A DNA stretch of 63,993 nt, filler included, from an uncultured bacterium (GTDB taxonomy: Bacteria > Hinthialibacterota > Hinthialibacteria > Hinthialibacterales > Hinthialibacteraceae), in assembly GCA_964449065.1 (NCBI GenBank). It is 8 parts of 8 records of this genome, joined end to end, with 100 filler letters (N's around TTAATTAATTAA, not from the genome) between each part and the next. Parts side by side here need not be neighbours in the genome. Positions count along the whole stretch, not along the records: positions 8,203 to 16,298 come from CAYVAZ010000232.1; positions 16,399 to 24,456 come from CAYVAZ010000233.1; 6 more parts are not named here. One strand, 5' to 3'. Position numbers and translations under genes: made by a program. Positions 9,392 through 19,629 of the stretch are shown here, piece after piece (position 1 is the stretch's first letter; the number at the start of each line of letters is the position of its first letter). The notes below the pieces were generated by a model, which saw nothing but the letters and a program-made list of their open reading frames with translations, was not told the DNA's origin and made no database searches.

Positions 9392-10120
9392 CAGTTCTTC
9401 TCCTTTTTGGGGTAAAGCTTCTCTTATGCCTTCCCGCACCTCATCCTTGCTTATGTGCTCTGCCGCATTCCCTATATATTCTAATACACTACGCATAAAT
9501 TCCAAAGCGGATTTTTCTTCGCGCAATTCCCCTAATAATTTACAAATAGATATGAACCGTTCCCCAAAATCCTCGTCAAATATATGTTTGAATAACAATA
9601 ATACCACACGCGATACTATCGCGCCCTTTAAGTCATCGTCATTATATTGGGACAGGTCAAATAAGTAAAACTTGAAGTTCGGGGTATAGTCTTCCATGCC
9701 CTCTGGCGTTTCTACCATCGAAGAGAAATAGGGATCCAAACTCCACGTTGACTTCCCATGATAAAGCACAATGGGAAACAAAAACGGCAATGGCTTACTT
9801 TTTTCCCTTATTTTTCTCCAAATTTCAACCATATAGCCAATTAAATCAAACGATACATCCGGTTCGTGAAAACTTTTATGTTCAATCAAAAGGTAAATAT
9901 ATGCTGACTTTCCATTGTCGAGTTGGCCCTTCAAAAGCAGATCGGAATAGAACCGTCCCAATTCGGGATTGACTAATTTCTCTCCTGCTTGTTGAAGTGA
10001 TCCCGGCTGGATGATACGGGATAACTCTGGGATATTGCTGAACAGTATGTCCTCAACGATATCCATTCGGGCGAAGGTCTGGCTAAAAAAACGGTCATGC
10101 GGCTGGTTGAGTTCAGACAT
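9122..10120 (-). CDS. Rpn family recombination-promoting nuclease / putative transposase (PD-(D/E)XK, Transposase_31-like)
   Basis: PHDRFF, SDLL..YIYLLIEHKS, PIVLYHG and C-terminal (E/Q)EGR repeats. Confidence 0.9.
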   Translation of the reverse strand: MSELNQPHDRFFSQTFARMDIVEDILFSNIPELSRIIQPGSLQQAGEKLVNPELGRFYSDLLLKGQLDNGKSAYIYLLIEHKSFHEPDVSFDLIGYMVEIWRKIREKSKPLPFLFPIVLYHGKSTWSLDPYFSSMVETPEGMEDYTPNFKFYLFDLSQYNDDDLKGAIVSRVVLLLFKHIFDEDFGERFISICKLLGELREEKSALEFMRSVLEYIGNAAEHISKDEVREGIREALPQKGEELMPTLFEQIRQEGRLEGRQEGRQEGRNSGLIEGLQKGIQLALELKYGQEGLAFYPQIKEIDSIDRLYEIEGVLRESVTLEELEHIITKNK

Positions 10121-10176
10121 GATTTACTTTGTCTAAGATACGAATGTCTATTAATGTTATAGTGATCTCAATTCCC

Positions 10177-12483
10177 TTAATAATCCCTGCCCATCAAATA
10201 CTGAACAACTTTGAAGAAAGAACCGGTCGCCAGCATACGCTCCACGAGAATCAATCCAACAACAATTAGCAACGCAAAGGCAGACAAAACCCATCCCCAA
10301 ACCGAAGCATGATACTCCATCGATATCATCCAACTTCCTGCCGGGATATACATGGCGCGCCAGCCGCCGCCGGTTTTATGCACGCGCAATTCTTTCCGGG
10401 TGCCATTGTCACCGGCAATAAACGCTTGCCAGCCGGGATAATGCCATTCTGATACTTTTACCCATGCATCTTGATCAAACGATGTTGAGAATTGAATGGC
10501 ATGTGGAGAATACGAAACCAATTCAACCGTCTCGTTGGGTTCCCATTCATCCGGTACCGCAGAATCATTATTCTCTGAGGAAGACCACCCCCATGCGATA
10601 CGGTCACTCGTCCGATTATACACCCGAAAATTCTCTCCCGCGTACATAAACTCAAGACTTTCATCTTGGATTACCTGAGTGGTCAGTACATACTTCACAT
10701 TCAGCACATCCAAACTGGGATGTTCAAAATTACTGAGTTGAATGTTGTCCTGATACGAACCTTCTTCCCATTGTTCCATTTCCGCAACCTGTTGATTGTA
10801 GGTTTGCAAACTCATTGGGTCGTATCCGGCGATGTTGTAAACATGCCACAAAATGGCCCGGTTGGGAGCATAGATATCCTTCAGTGTCGCCACACGATAA
10901 TGCCCACCTTCCTCTTCTCTGGATTGAAGAAACCCGATTTCTTGCGGTAGGGCGGATACCGTTTTCATCTGCGACTCATTCAACAATTGAGCGGCGGCTA
11001 GATACCCTCTGCCGAAGACAAATAGATCCAGCGCAGTTAACGCGGCCAATGAGATTGAGATAGCCATGCGGGGATAGTTCGGGATATGGCGGGACAGGAA
11101 GTACAATGTCCCCCCTGCCAACACCATACAAAACCCGATGGATACCGAAAGCAGTTGAATCCATTTTTCATTTCCTCTCTCTGTGGTCCGGATGTATCCG
11201 GTCATCTCTGAGAACACTTGATAACCGAACACGAACACTACAATCCAACACACCGCCAGCATGACATACCGCTGTGTGGACGTGGAAACCGGCGGGGTTT
11301 CCCGCAGCCGTCTATACGCATTCGCGCATAGCCGGTCCAAGCCCAATGCCGCAAGCGTACAAACCGCTGTTATGTAATACGGCAAATACTTTGCCGGAGC
11401 GCGAAACGAACCGAACACAGGCAGTTGATACCAAAACGCATAGAAGGGATTGTCTCTTCCCCACGCCAGCAACAGACCAAAGAACGCGACAATCAGCAAC
11501 GGGATCACAACACCCTCGCGCGGCTTCATTAGCAAGGCATAGACCGCCAAGATGGGAACAATCACCCCCGCGTAGGCGCAAGACCAATACACATACGAAT
11601 CATAATGGTTATCGCCGATATGGGTGCCGTAATATTCTGGAAACAACAGCGATATCAACCGGTGAGGCGCAAACGAAAATTCCGTGGCCTCTTCCAAACG
11701 GATTGGCGCGGCCCGGTTTGCCAATTCGGCATATTCCAGAGTAGGGATCAGCTGAAATCCCGCCAGAAAGATGCCCAAACACAATACGGCAAACCATGCG
11801 GCAATACGGAACAACGAAAAGATAGCCGGCCGCCTCTCAATGCGAATATGCAGCCATACCGTGTATACCAAACAAAACAGCATACTGAAAAAGAGCGAGT
11901 AAAACGCCATCTGCGGATGCCCGCATAAAAAGTGCAGAAACGCGATGAAGACCCCAAACAATGCCCATTTGATCTTTTTATCCTGCGAGCGTACAAAACC
12001 AGTGGTCGCCCACATCAACCAAGGAATCCAAGCGGCTGCGGTATAGGTTAAATGATTGCCGAACGGTATGTGAATCATCGTAAACCCGTTCAATCCATAC
12101 GCGACACCGGCTAATAGCGACGGGAACGAATTCGCACCGCTTTTTTTCGCGAACAAAAACGCGCCAACTCCCGCCAAACACAAATGCAGCCACAACGAGA
12201 TCCCATAAAACCGCTCCAGCGGAAAGGTTAGCAGCACGATCCAATCCAGCGGATAAAACACGCCTGACTGCATATTTGCCAACAACGGCGAACCGCCGAA
12301 CGTAAAGGGATTCCAATACGGCAACTCTCCATTCATCACCGATTCATATACATAACTCTTCCAGGGATAAAACTGTTCCACGATATCCCCGCGAATCGGC
12401 GAACGGCCTTCAACAATGAGTTCATAGCAAAAGCCGGAGGTAATCAGCAGCAATAAAAGTATGGCGGTCAGGTCTTTTTTCAT
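10177..12483 (-). CDS. YfhO family membrane protein (GT-C fold glycosyltransferase-like)
   Basis: GDIVEQFYPW, PYWNPFTFGGSPLLAN..SGVFYP, GHPQ, FRAPAK, GYDP, YPGWQA; many TM helices. Confidence 0.88.
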   Translation of the reverse strand: MKKDLTAILLLLLITSGFCYELIVEGRSPIRGDIVEQFYPWKSYVYESVMNGELPYWNPFTFGGSPLLANMQSGVFYPLDWIVLLTFPLERFYGISLWLHLCLAGVGAFLFAKKSGANSFPSLLAGVAYGLNGFTMIHIPFGNHLTYTAAAWIPWLMWATTGFVRSQDKKIKWALFGVFIAFLHFLCGHPQMAFYSLFFSMLFCLVYTVWLHIRIERRPAIFSLFRIAAWFAVLCLGIFLAGFQLIPTLEYAELANRAAPIRLEEATEFSFAPHRLISLLFPEYYGTHIGDNHYDSYVYWSCAYAGVIVPILAVYALLMKPREGVVIPLLIVAFFGLLLAWGRDNPFYAFWYQLPVFGSFRAPAKYLPYYITAVCTLAALGLDRLCANAYRRLRETPPVSTSTQRYVMLAVCWIVVFVFGYQVFSEMTGYIRTTERGNEKWIQLLSVSIGFCMVLAGGTLYFLSRHIPNYPRMAISISLAALTALDLFVFGRGYLAAAQLLNESQMKTVSALPQEIGFLQSREEEGGHYRVATLKDIYAPNRAILWHVYNIAGYDPMSLQTYNQQVAEMEQWEEGSYQDNIQLSNFEHPSLDVLNVKYVLTTQVIQDESLEFMYAGENFRVYNRTSDRIAWGWSSSENNDSAVPDEWEPNETVELVSYSPHAIQFSTSFDQDAWVKVSEWHYPGWQAFIAGDNGTRKELRVHKTGGGWRAMYIPAGSWMISMEYHASVWGWVLSAFALLIVVGLILVERMLATGSFFKVVQYLMGRDY

Positions 12484-12703
12484 CGATTCACAACATTTCC
12501 ATAAACAATATGCAATCCCGTATTATGGCGCGGGGATAGGGAATGTTAAGGTACTCAATTGTGACAGAAGAAGGAAAGATATAGTATTACGCTGCTCAAA
12601 TAAAAAAAACCGATTCTTGAATCTTTTTGTCTCTTATTACAATCGTCAACTCTTCTACTTCAACTTGAGCGGCAATCATTCAGTCAAATGGAATTCAAGC
12701 GTG

Positions 12704-12804
12704 CTTCCGGCTTGGCGGGAACTCCGCCCTCCTTGGCTCTGCTTCGTGAGCGGTGGATTACGCTTGCTGAAGTGCGCCTATATTTACCGGCTGGAAACCG
12801 ATGC
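12704..12804 (+). repeat. Cluster of degenerate REP-like units
   Basis: 12704-12732 belongs to the GGCTCGGCGGGAGCCTCGCCCTCCC family. 12785-12804 is nearly the reverse complement of 49787-49806. Confidence 0.55.
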
Positions 12805-13392
12805 TGCCCGGCTTAATGGGAGATTTGTTTCTCGTGAAAATGATATGTACTGAGAGTAGCCCTTTGGAAGAAGATAAAAGATGAGGACGGGCAGAGTGAT
12901 TGCACCTTGTGTCGCAATAATGCGCTTAGAGAACATTGTCTCCATAAGTCCTCAACCCATCCCTCTCCCGGTGGGCGTGGGCGATCAATACAGCGAACAA
13001 TTAGAATCACTTGCGTATCATAACGCATGCATTAGGTGAGTTAATAATGACCGTCCCGATAGAATTATCCTCTTTGAGCACAGAATCGTGCCACCGACTT
13101 TAAGCAATAATTTCATCAAAATAATTCACAGGTATTTCCCTATGCGAATTTTCAATTTTGATATGTAAATATAACTATATGTAATGTAACATGTGCCCTA
13201 GACTGAAACCGTCTGAAACAAACATGCAAAAAACAGTGTATGAAAGAGAAACCCCTACCAACAAGACGGAGGGAGATTGGGGGAATGAACATCTACGGAT
13301 TTTCCCCTCCCCCCTCTTGGGGAGCGAATGGACTCCAAACGGTTGAACTGTATCCATGTTTGTATGCTTTTTTATATTGGGAGTGTTGAGAT

Positions 13393-13695
13393 ATGGCCAA
13401 GGTGGTTTGCCCAAAATGTGGAGAAACGAATAAGGATTTGGCGACCAAATGCTTTAAATGCGGGACGTCTTTGCGTAGAGATAAAATCAAAAACTATGTG
13501 GAACGCAAGCACAGTGATCGGTTGAACTATACGAAGAAAAACAAATCACCCTCTACAAAACCGGTTCCCGCTCCTGCCGGTGGTTCGTTCAACATGCTCG
13601 GAAAATTAACTCTTGTTTTTGTGCTGCTGATTTTATTAGGGGCAGGCGGCCTTATCGCAGCCCTTTACTTCCGTTTGATTCCCATACCGGTGTAA
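13393..13695 (+). CDS. Zinc-ribbon protein with C-terminal membrane anchor
   Basis: CPKCG...CFKCG, a basic linker and a C-terminal TM helix. GGGAG upstream. Confidence 0.75.
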   Translation: MAKVVCPKCGETNKDLATKCFKCGTSLRRDKIKNYVERKHSDRLNYTKKNKSPSTKPVPAPAGGSFNMLGKLTLVFVLLILLGAGGLIAALYFRLIPIPV

Positions 13696-13818
13696 CAAAC
13701 GCTGTCCAACTTGACATCACGCGTTCATTCTTGCTTGAGGATGTAGAAGAAGGGGAATTCATACCCGCTATTTTTCATTTCACCTTGTGAATTTGGTTTT
13801 TTATGGTTAATTGAAAAT

Positions 13819-15294
13819 TTGAAATTATATGATACCGGACGAATCTTGAATCAATCAATAATCCATTCAATTCGAGCGATTTGTTGTGTTTGTTTGCTTT
13901 GTTCAATGGGTGGTGAAATGGGGTGGGCGGATATCGGGGGCGACTCGCTTCGTGGGTACTTTACCATCTTGTTCCGTTCCTCTACCGATAGTGTATTCCG
14001 TGGAAATCTTCAACGGAGAAGCATCGATAATAACCGGGCAACCCTCTACAACTATCTCACCATCCAACAACTCAAAATCTATCAAAACGATCATCTTCGT
14101 ATAACCGCAAAGGGCAGCCTGTGGTTCCGGCATGAGTTGAATGAAGTTCCGGATGGCGATGAAAACCGTATTGAATTCAGCCAAGGATCGATTCAGATCG
14201 ACAATGGAAACTTTACCGAAGGCTTTGCCCGCTTTGGCCGTATTTACAACTTTAGGGGATTATTTAACCAACGCTTCGACGGCGGGGAAATCTATTACCC
14301 CATCAACGATTTTGTCGATATCAATGTTTATGGTGGGAGACGTCCTCACCGCTTAACGGAATTTTCCGATGAATCTTACCTGACAGGGGGCCGTTTGGGG
14401 ATCAACCTAAAACGCCGCAACACCATCGGGTTTTCCTGGCTTCTTTCCCTCACGGATGAACAATGGGACGATCAAAAAATCGGCGGCGATTGGCGCTACT
14501 CGCCTTGGCATTGGATGGAGATGAACGGCAACTGGGGCTATGACATCATCAGCAGTCAGCTCTATGAGTTTCGCAAATCCATTCGCTTGCTCACGCCTTA
14601 CGAACTCGATTTTCGTTTTAGTTACAACTTTATTATTCCCGGTTTATACATTCCCAAATCCTCCATCTTTTCGGTGTTTTCCTTGGCGGAAGAACATTCC
14701 TTCAATGGACAGATCATTTACCATCCCGGCACACAATGGACCTTCATCGCCGACTCCACCTATATCGATTACAAGAACGAGGGCGGGCAAGGAGGCCCCA
14801 ACAACTTCTTCACCGAAGAAAACGCGCTCGACGGCGGCTATCAATGGCGCTTCGGATTGGAAGTTTCCTACCGCCACACCCCCAACGATGAAGTCACCGT
14901 CCGTTTTGAACGCATGCTTGAAGCGCAATTCGGCTATACGGTAACCGACCTGATCCGCACCAATTTTGATTTTCGTGATTTCAACTTCGCCAACCCTCCA
15001 CCGGAAGATGAGGGCTTTGTATTCGGGCAATTGGAAAACGGGTTCAGTTCGTTCAGTATCAGCCACTGGCACCGCTGGTTGGAAAACGTTTCGCACTCGT
15101 TCAACTTTTATTACTATGCCTACGACCACCCGTTGTTTTTGCGAAGAACCAACGGCGACAGTTTTTCTACGAACCTGACACTCAACTGGAAGGCAACCCA
15201 AGCGTTGGATATCCACGTCGGCGGGCGGTACATCAACTCATTGGCGGATCAAGATGAATTGCAATATTTCACTCGAATCACGTGGCAATTTTAG
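13819..15294 (+). CDS. Putative outer-membrane beta-barrel (porin) associated with a multiheme cytochrome
   Basis: Alternating aromatic/Gly beta-strand pattern (FARFGRIY, FDGGEIYY, INVYGG), C-terminal YFTRITWQF typical of BAM substrates, and 12 nt upstream of a multiheme cytochrome. Start codon uncertain. Confidence 0.75.
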   Translation: MKLYDTGRILNQSIIHSIRAICCVCLLCSMGGEMGWADIGGDSLRGYFTILFRSSTDSVFRGNLQRRSIDNNRATLYNYLTIQQLKIYQNDHLRITAKGSLWFRHELNEVPDGDENRIEFSQGSIQIDNGNFTEGFARFGRIYNFRGLFNQRFDGGEIYYPINDFVDINVYGGRRPHRLTEFSDESYLTGGRLGINLKRRNTIGFSWLLSLTDEQWDDQKIGGDWRYSPWHWMEMNGNWGYDIISSQLYEFRKSIRLLTPYELDFRFSYNFIIPGLYIPKSSIFSVFSLAEEHSFNGQIIYHPGTQWTFIADSTYIDYKNEGGQGGPNNFFTEENALDGGYQWRFGLEVSYRHTPNDEVTVRFERMLEAQFGYTVTDLIRTNFDFRDFNFANPPPEDEGFVFGQLENGFSSFSISHWHRWLENVSHSFNFYYYAYDHPLFLRRTNGDSFSTNLTLNWKATQALDIHVGGRYINSLADQDELQYFTRITWQF

Positions 15295-15306
15295 TGGAGC
15301 ATTCAA

Positions 15307-16298
15307 ATGAATGAGAAGAAAGACACGCAAAATATGCCGGTGAAAATGCCGGTGAAAAAGCCGGTGACATGGGTGCAAATGGGCGCGCTGTTCTTTCTCT
15401 GTGTGTCCTGTGCCGGCGTTGCGTTGTACCGCAGCCAACCGCCGCAGACCCATATCTACAACCACAAACTCCACACGGTCGAACTGGGGTTGGATTGCAT
15501 GATGTGCCACTACGCGGTTGAAACCAATGGCGTGGAACAATACGGTATGCTCCCCCAAATGGCGGACTGCCTGCTTTGCCATCAGGATCAATTTGACGCC
15601 AACAATTGCTCGTTCTGCCACCGGACAGAAGAACCGCAGCCCTTCCCGCAAAATCCAATCCATACCCACATCAATTATGATCACCCGCAACACGCGGCTC
15701 TCGAAGATATCGGGGGCGATTGCCTTCTCTGCCACCATGAAGCGCATGAAACCACCAAAGCGGTGATGGAACAACTCCCCGAAATGCAGACCTGTTTGGA
15801 ATGCCATCAAGAATGGTACGACCGTTTGCAGTGCTTAAATTGCCACAAAAATTTCGGGAAAATTCCTCTGCAGCCGCTTTCCGAATTCTCCCATACCGGC
15901 AATTTTACTTTGGAACACGCTTCGACCGCCAAAGGCAACGAAATGCTCTGCGCGCAATGCCACGAGCAGCAATACTGCATCGATTGCCACAAACAGGAAG
16001 ACACCGGCATCCCCCCCGATTTGAAATATCCCGATGTCACCAACCGCCATTGGGTTCACGAAGGGGATTTTATTACCCGGCATTCCATTGAAGCCCGCTT
16101 CAATTCAGGCCAATGCATCACATGCCATGCCACCACGTTCTGCAAAGATTGCCACGAAAAAGAAGGCGTTGCGGATTTGACACCCGGTTCTCAAAACGAT
16201 TGGGCGCTGAATCCCCATCCGTTGGGCTTTGGCTTTCGCGAAGATCCAACCGATCCCAACTTCCACGGCCGCATCGCCCGCCGCGCGGTCTTCGTGGA
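15307..16298 (+). CDS. Multiheme c-type cytochrome (at least 10 CxxCH), probable lipoprotein, truncated at contig end
   Basis: CMMCH, CLLCH, CSFCH, CLLCH, CLECH, CLNCH, CAQCH, CIDCH, CITCH, CKDCH. Lipobox-like CVSC. Many extra His as potential distal ligands. Confidence 0.93.
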
Positions 16299-16471
16299 NN
16301 NNNNNNNNNNNNNNNNNNNNNNNNNNNNNNNNNNNNNNNNNNTTAATTAATTAANNNNNNNNNNNNNNNNNNNNNNNNNNNNNNNNNNNNNNNNNNNNAT
16401 AGGCGTTGAGTCCTCATTTGAACATAATATACTTCTCTAACTTATAACACAATATCGCATTGAAAAAAACG

Positions 16472-18892
16472 ATGAAATTACCCTATTCCTGGCTAGCTGA
16501 ACTGGTTGAAAACCTGCCCCCCGCGGATGAAGTGGCGGAACAGCTCATCATGCTCGGCTTTGAGGTCGAAGATATTGAAGAGCAGGGCGCGGGTATTCGT
16601 GACGTGATCGTCGCCGAACTGCTCGAACGCAACCCTCACCCCAATGCCGATAAACTTTCATTTTGCAAAGTAAGCGATGGCGAACAAGAACATGAAATCG
16701 TATGCGGCGCCGACAACATGAAGGCGGGCGATTATGTCGCCTTGGCGCGTGTGGGTTCGGTCTTGCCGGGAGATTTTAAAATTGAAAAACGCAAAATCCG
16801 TGGAGTGGCCTCCAGCGGGATGATGTGCTCCTTGCGCGAACTGCAGCTGGGGGATGATCATTCCGGCATTATGATCCTGCCGAAAGACTACACCATCGGC
16901 AACCGTTTGGTTGATGAGATGGGGCTGAGCGATACCATCTTCGATATCAGCATTACCCCCAACCGCCCCGATGCCTTGAATGCCATCGGCATTGCCCGTG
17001 AACTGGCCGCCCGCAACAAGACCGAACTGAAACTGCCGAAATACAATGAACTCCCGGCGGATGAGCGGCCTGATTTCGCGCCGGATATACAAATCGAAGC
17101 CGAAGATTTGTGCTACCGCTATGCGGGGTTGGTCATTAAAGACATTACGATCGGCCCGTCCCCCGACTGGCTGAAGGCGCGTTTGGAAGCCTGCGGTGTA
17201 CGCAGCATTAACAATGTGGTTGATGCCACCAACTATGTACTGCTGGAGATGGGGCAGCCGCTGCACGCCTTTGATTACGATAAGCTGCAAGAAAACCGTA
17301 TCGTGGTCCGCAAAGCAAGAAAAGGGGAAACCATCACCACGCTGGATGAAGAAAAACACGAACTGCCGGATTCCACCCTGGTTATTGCCGATGCCCAAGA
17401 CGCGGTGGCCATTGCCGGGGTGATGGGCGGTGATGACAGCGAAGTGAGTGCATCCACCACAACGCTTCTATTGGAGAGCGCTTATTTCTTCCCTTCATCG
17501 ATACACAAAACCTCCAAGCAGTTGAAACTCTCTACCGAAGCATCTTACCGCTTTGAGCGCGGGGTGGATTTTGAATCTGTGGTTCCCGCTGCTTGGCGCT
17601 GCGCGAATCTCATCGCTGAACTCGCCAGCGGCAAGATCGCCGGAAAAATGACCGTAGCGGATACATCGAACAAAAACGATATCGAGGCGCTGCAAGGCCG
17701 TTCGCAATTGCTGCACTTTACTTATTGCCATCAAGTTTTGGGAAAAACGTTTACCCCGGATGAGATGGAAGCGCTGCTCAATTCCGTCGGATTCGCCACG
17801 CAGGAAAAAGACGATCAAAAAATCATCGTGCGGGTACCGTCTTACCGCAATGACGTGCAGTATGAAGCCGATTTGGCCGAAGAAGTTGCCCGTTGTTACG
17901 GCTATAACCAGTTTGAATCAACCCTGCCGGTGCTGCCGTCGCGCCCGCCCGAACGGCAGGAAATCAGCCATCAGTTTATGAACCGCCTGCGCGATTACTT
18001 GTCGTCCAACGGGCTGGATGAGTGCATCACCTACAGTTTTTCCGATCATGAAACATTGAAGTCGTTTTCAGAAAACCAAGAGGCGTTAGAGCATCCACTG
18101 GTGAATGTTGCCAATCCTATCAGCCCGCGCGAAACCACCATGCGCGCTTCGGTTATCCCCAGTTTGCTGTTGGTGGCGCAGCGCAATGTCTCTTACTTTA
18201 ACACCGATTTCGGCATCTTCGAAATCGGCCGCGCCTACTTCCCGCAGGAAGGCGAACAGGCGCGTGAGGTCGAACGCGTGGCCGGATTGCTCATCGGCAA
18301 CTTGAACCATTCCTGGAGAGACACCCGCAGCGAGTTGGATCTATTCGAAATCAAAGGAATTGCAGAAGGCATTTTGGGGTTCGCCAACATCAAAGGCTAC
18401 CGCCAAGCCGCGGCCCCATCCTGGCTGCACCCCAAACGCAGCGCATCGATCCAGTTGGGCAAAGAAATCATCGGCTGTTACGGCGAACTGCATCCCGACA
18501 CCGCTGAACAGTTTGATCTAAACGGAAGAGTGGGTGTGTTTGAGATCGATATCAAACCGCTGTACGACAATCAAACCATCAAAACACCCAAGTTCAAGCC
18601 GTTTTCCAACTTCCCCGCGGTGAAGCGTGATTTCGCGCTGCTGGTGCCGGAAGATGTGACGGTCAAGAAAATTGAAGACTGTATTTCACAAAATTCCAAT
18701 AATTTGCTGGAAGAAGTGAAGGTTTTCGACTATTATCAAGGCAAGCAGGTCGAAGAAGGCAAGGTCAGCGCCGCCTTCCGGGTGGTGTTCCGTTCCAATG
18801 AAGAGACACTCAAAGAAGAAACGGTTGACCAAACCTGCCAAAAAATATTGGATGGATTAAGAATTAAATTAAACGTCGAACGGCGTTCATAA
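16472..18892 (+). CDS. pheT: Phenylalanine--tRNA ligase beta subunit
   Basis: HPNADKL, IVCGADN, SSGMMCS, ITPNRPD, RSINNVVD, YRFERGVD, VPSYRND..EADLAEEVAR and C-terminal FPAVKRDFA. Confidence 0.98.
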   Translation: MKLPYSWLAELVENLPPADEVAEQLIMLGFEVEDIEEQGAGIRDVIVAELLERNPHPNADKLSFCKVSDGEQEHEIVCGADNMKAGDYVALARVGSVLPGDFKIEKRKIRGVASSGMMCSLRELQLGDDHSGIMILPKDYTIGNRLVDEMGLSDTIFDISITPNRPDALNAIGIARELAARNKTELKLPKYNELPADERPDFAPDIQIEAEDLCYRYAGLVIKDITIGPSPDWLKARLEACGVRSINNVVDATNYVLLEMGQPLHAFDYDKLQENRIVVRKARKGETITTLDEEKHELPDSTLVIADAQDAVAIAGVMGGDDSEVSASTTTLLLESAYFFPSSIHKTSKQLKLSTEASYRFERGVDFESVVPAAWRCANLIAELASGKIAGKMTVADTSNKNDIEALQGRSQLLHFTYCHQVLGKTFTPDEMEALLNSVGFATQEKDDQKIIVRVPSYRNDVQYEADLAEEVARCYGYNQFESTLPVLPSRPPERQEISHQFMNRLRDYLSSNGLDECITYSFSDHETLKSFSENQEALEHPLVNVANPISPRETTMRASVIPSLLLVAQRNVSYFNTDFGIFEIGRAYFPQEGEQAREVERVAGLLIGNLNHSWRDTRSELDLFEIKGIAEGILGFANIKGYRQAAAPSWLHPKRSASIQLGKEIIGCYGELHPDTAEQFDLNGRVGVFEIDIKPLYDNQTIKTPKFKPFSNFPAVKRDFALLVPEDVTVKKIEDCISQNSNNLLEEVKVFDYYQGKQVEEGKVSAAFRVVFRSNEETLKEETVDQTCQKILDGLRIKLNVERRS

Positions 18893-18911
18893 ATATTTTT
18901 TTAGAAATAAC

Positions 18912-19006
18912 TGTGTCAACGATTAAATGATGGGGATCGATCCTCCCTTATCAAGGGGGGCAACAACGGATAACCAGCCGTCATTTTTTGATTGACAAAG
19001 TACTAG
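18912..19006 (-). repeat. CTAG-ended MITE-like element
   Basis: Reverse complement of 35533-35636, with a short internal deletion. Confidence 0.85.
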
Positions 19007-19049
19007 TCACTAAACACTAGTCACTAATTTTATGGTTTGAGGGAACGTT

Positions 19050-19289
19050 ATGAGTGATGAGAATTTGGTCAATGCGTTAGAAGCGCTGGATCAGCGCGTG
19101 GAAGAATTGGTTGGAACCATCAAAGATTTGCGGCACGAGCGCGATGTGCTTCGCCAAGAGGTTGAAGCCGCCAACAATGCCCGTGAAGAGATGGAATCCA
19201 AACTCAATTCGCTTAACGGCAACAAAGATGATATCCGCAACCGGATTGAGTCGATTATTGAAAAAATCAACGCGGTGCAGCCGGAATAA
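19050..19289 (+). CDS. zapB: Cell division protein ZapB-like coiled coil
   Basis: 79-aa heptad coiled coil ending IRNRIESIIEKI, located between pheT and zapA. Confidence 0.7.
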   Translation: MSDENLVNALEALDQRVEELVGTIKDLRHERDVLRQEVEAANNAREEMESKLNSLNGNKDDIRNRIESIIEKINAVQPE

Positions 19290-19327
19290 CAATTTGTAAA
19301 AACGCTGCACCCGGAGTAGGTGAACGC

Positions 19328-19609
19328 ATGCCTGAAGCATCGGACATCATTGAAGTATCGATCTTGGGCGAGAACTTGCAGTTGCGCGGCGGCAACGACC
19401 CGGAAGGGGTGCGCCATGCTGCCTATACCGTAAAAGAGATGGCGGAATCGCTGGCGGAAAAAGCCCCGAAAGCGCCGTCATTGCAGGTCATCATTCTGGC
19501 GGCGATCAACCTGGCCGATGATCTTAAACACGCGCAAAACTGCCAAAAAACGTTAGAAGAAGCCGTAAAGAAGGCCAAAGAGATCATCGCCAAAGCCGAA
19601 GCGGTATAG
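19328..19609 (+). CDS. zapA: Cell division protein ZapA
   Basis: IEVSILGE..L, VIILAAINLADDL; conserved pheT-zapB-zapA order. Confidence 0.85.
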   Translation: MPEASDIIEVSILGENLQLRGGNDPEGVRHAAYTVKEMAESLAEKAPKAPSLQVIILAAINLADDLKHAQNCQKTLEEAVKKAKEIIAKAEAV

Positions 19610-19629
19610 CGAAGAGTTCTCCTGCAACC

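Noticed and set aside
12484..13392. Intergenic region of about 900 bp as a possible ncRNA or riboswitch
   Set aside because: Contains several degenerate REP fragments and no riboswitch or ncRNA consensus that I could recognise. An Infernal/Rfam scan would be needed.
15331..15367. 12-bp triple repeat (MPVK MPVK KPVT) at the cytochrome N-terminus
   Set aside because: In-frame microduplication in the signal n-region. It only makes the start codon ambiguous.
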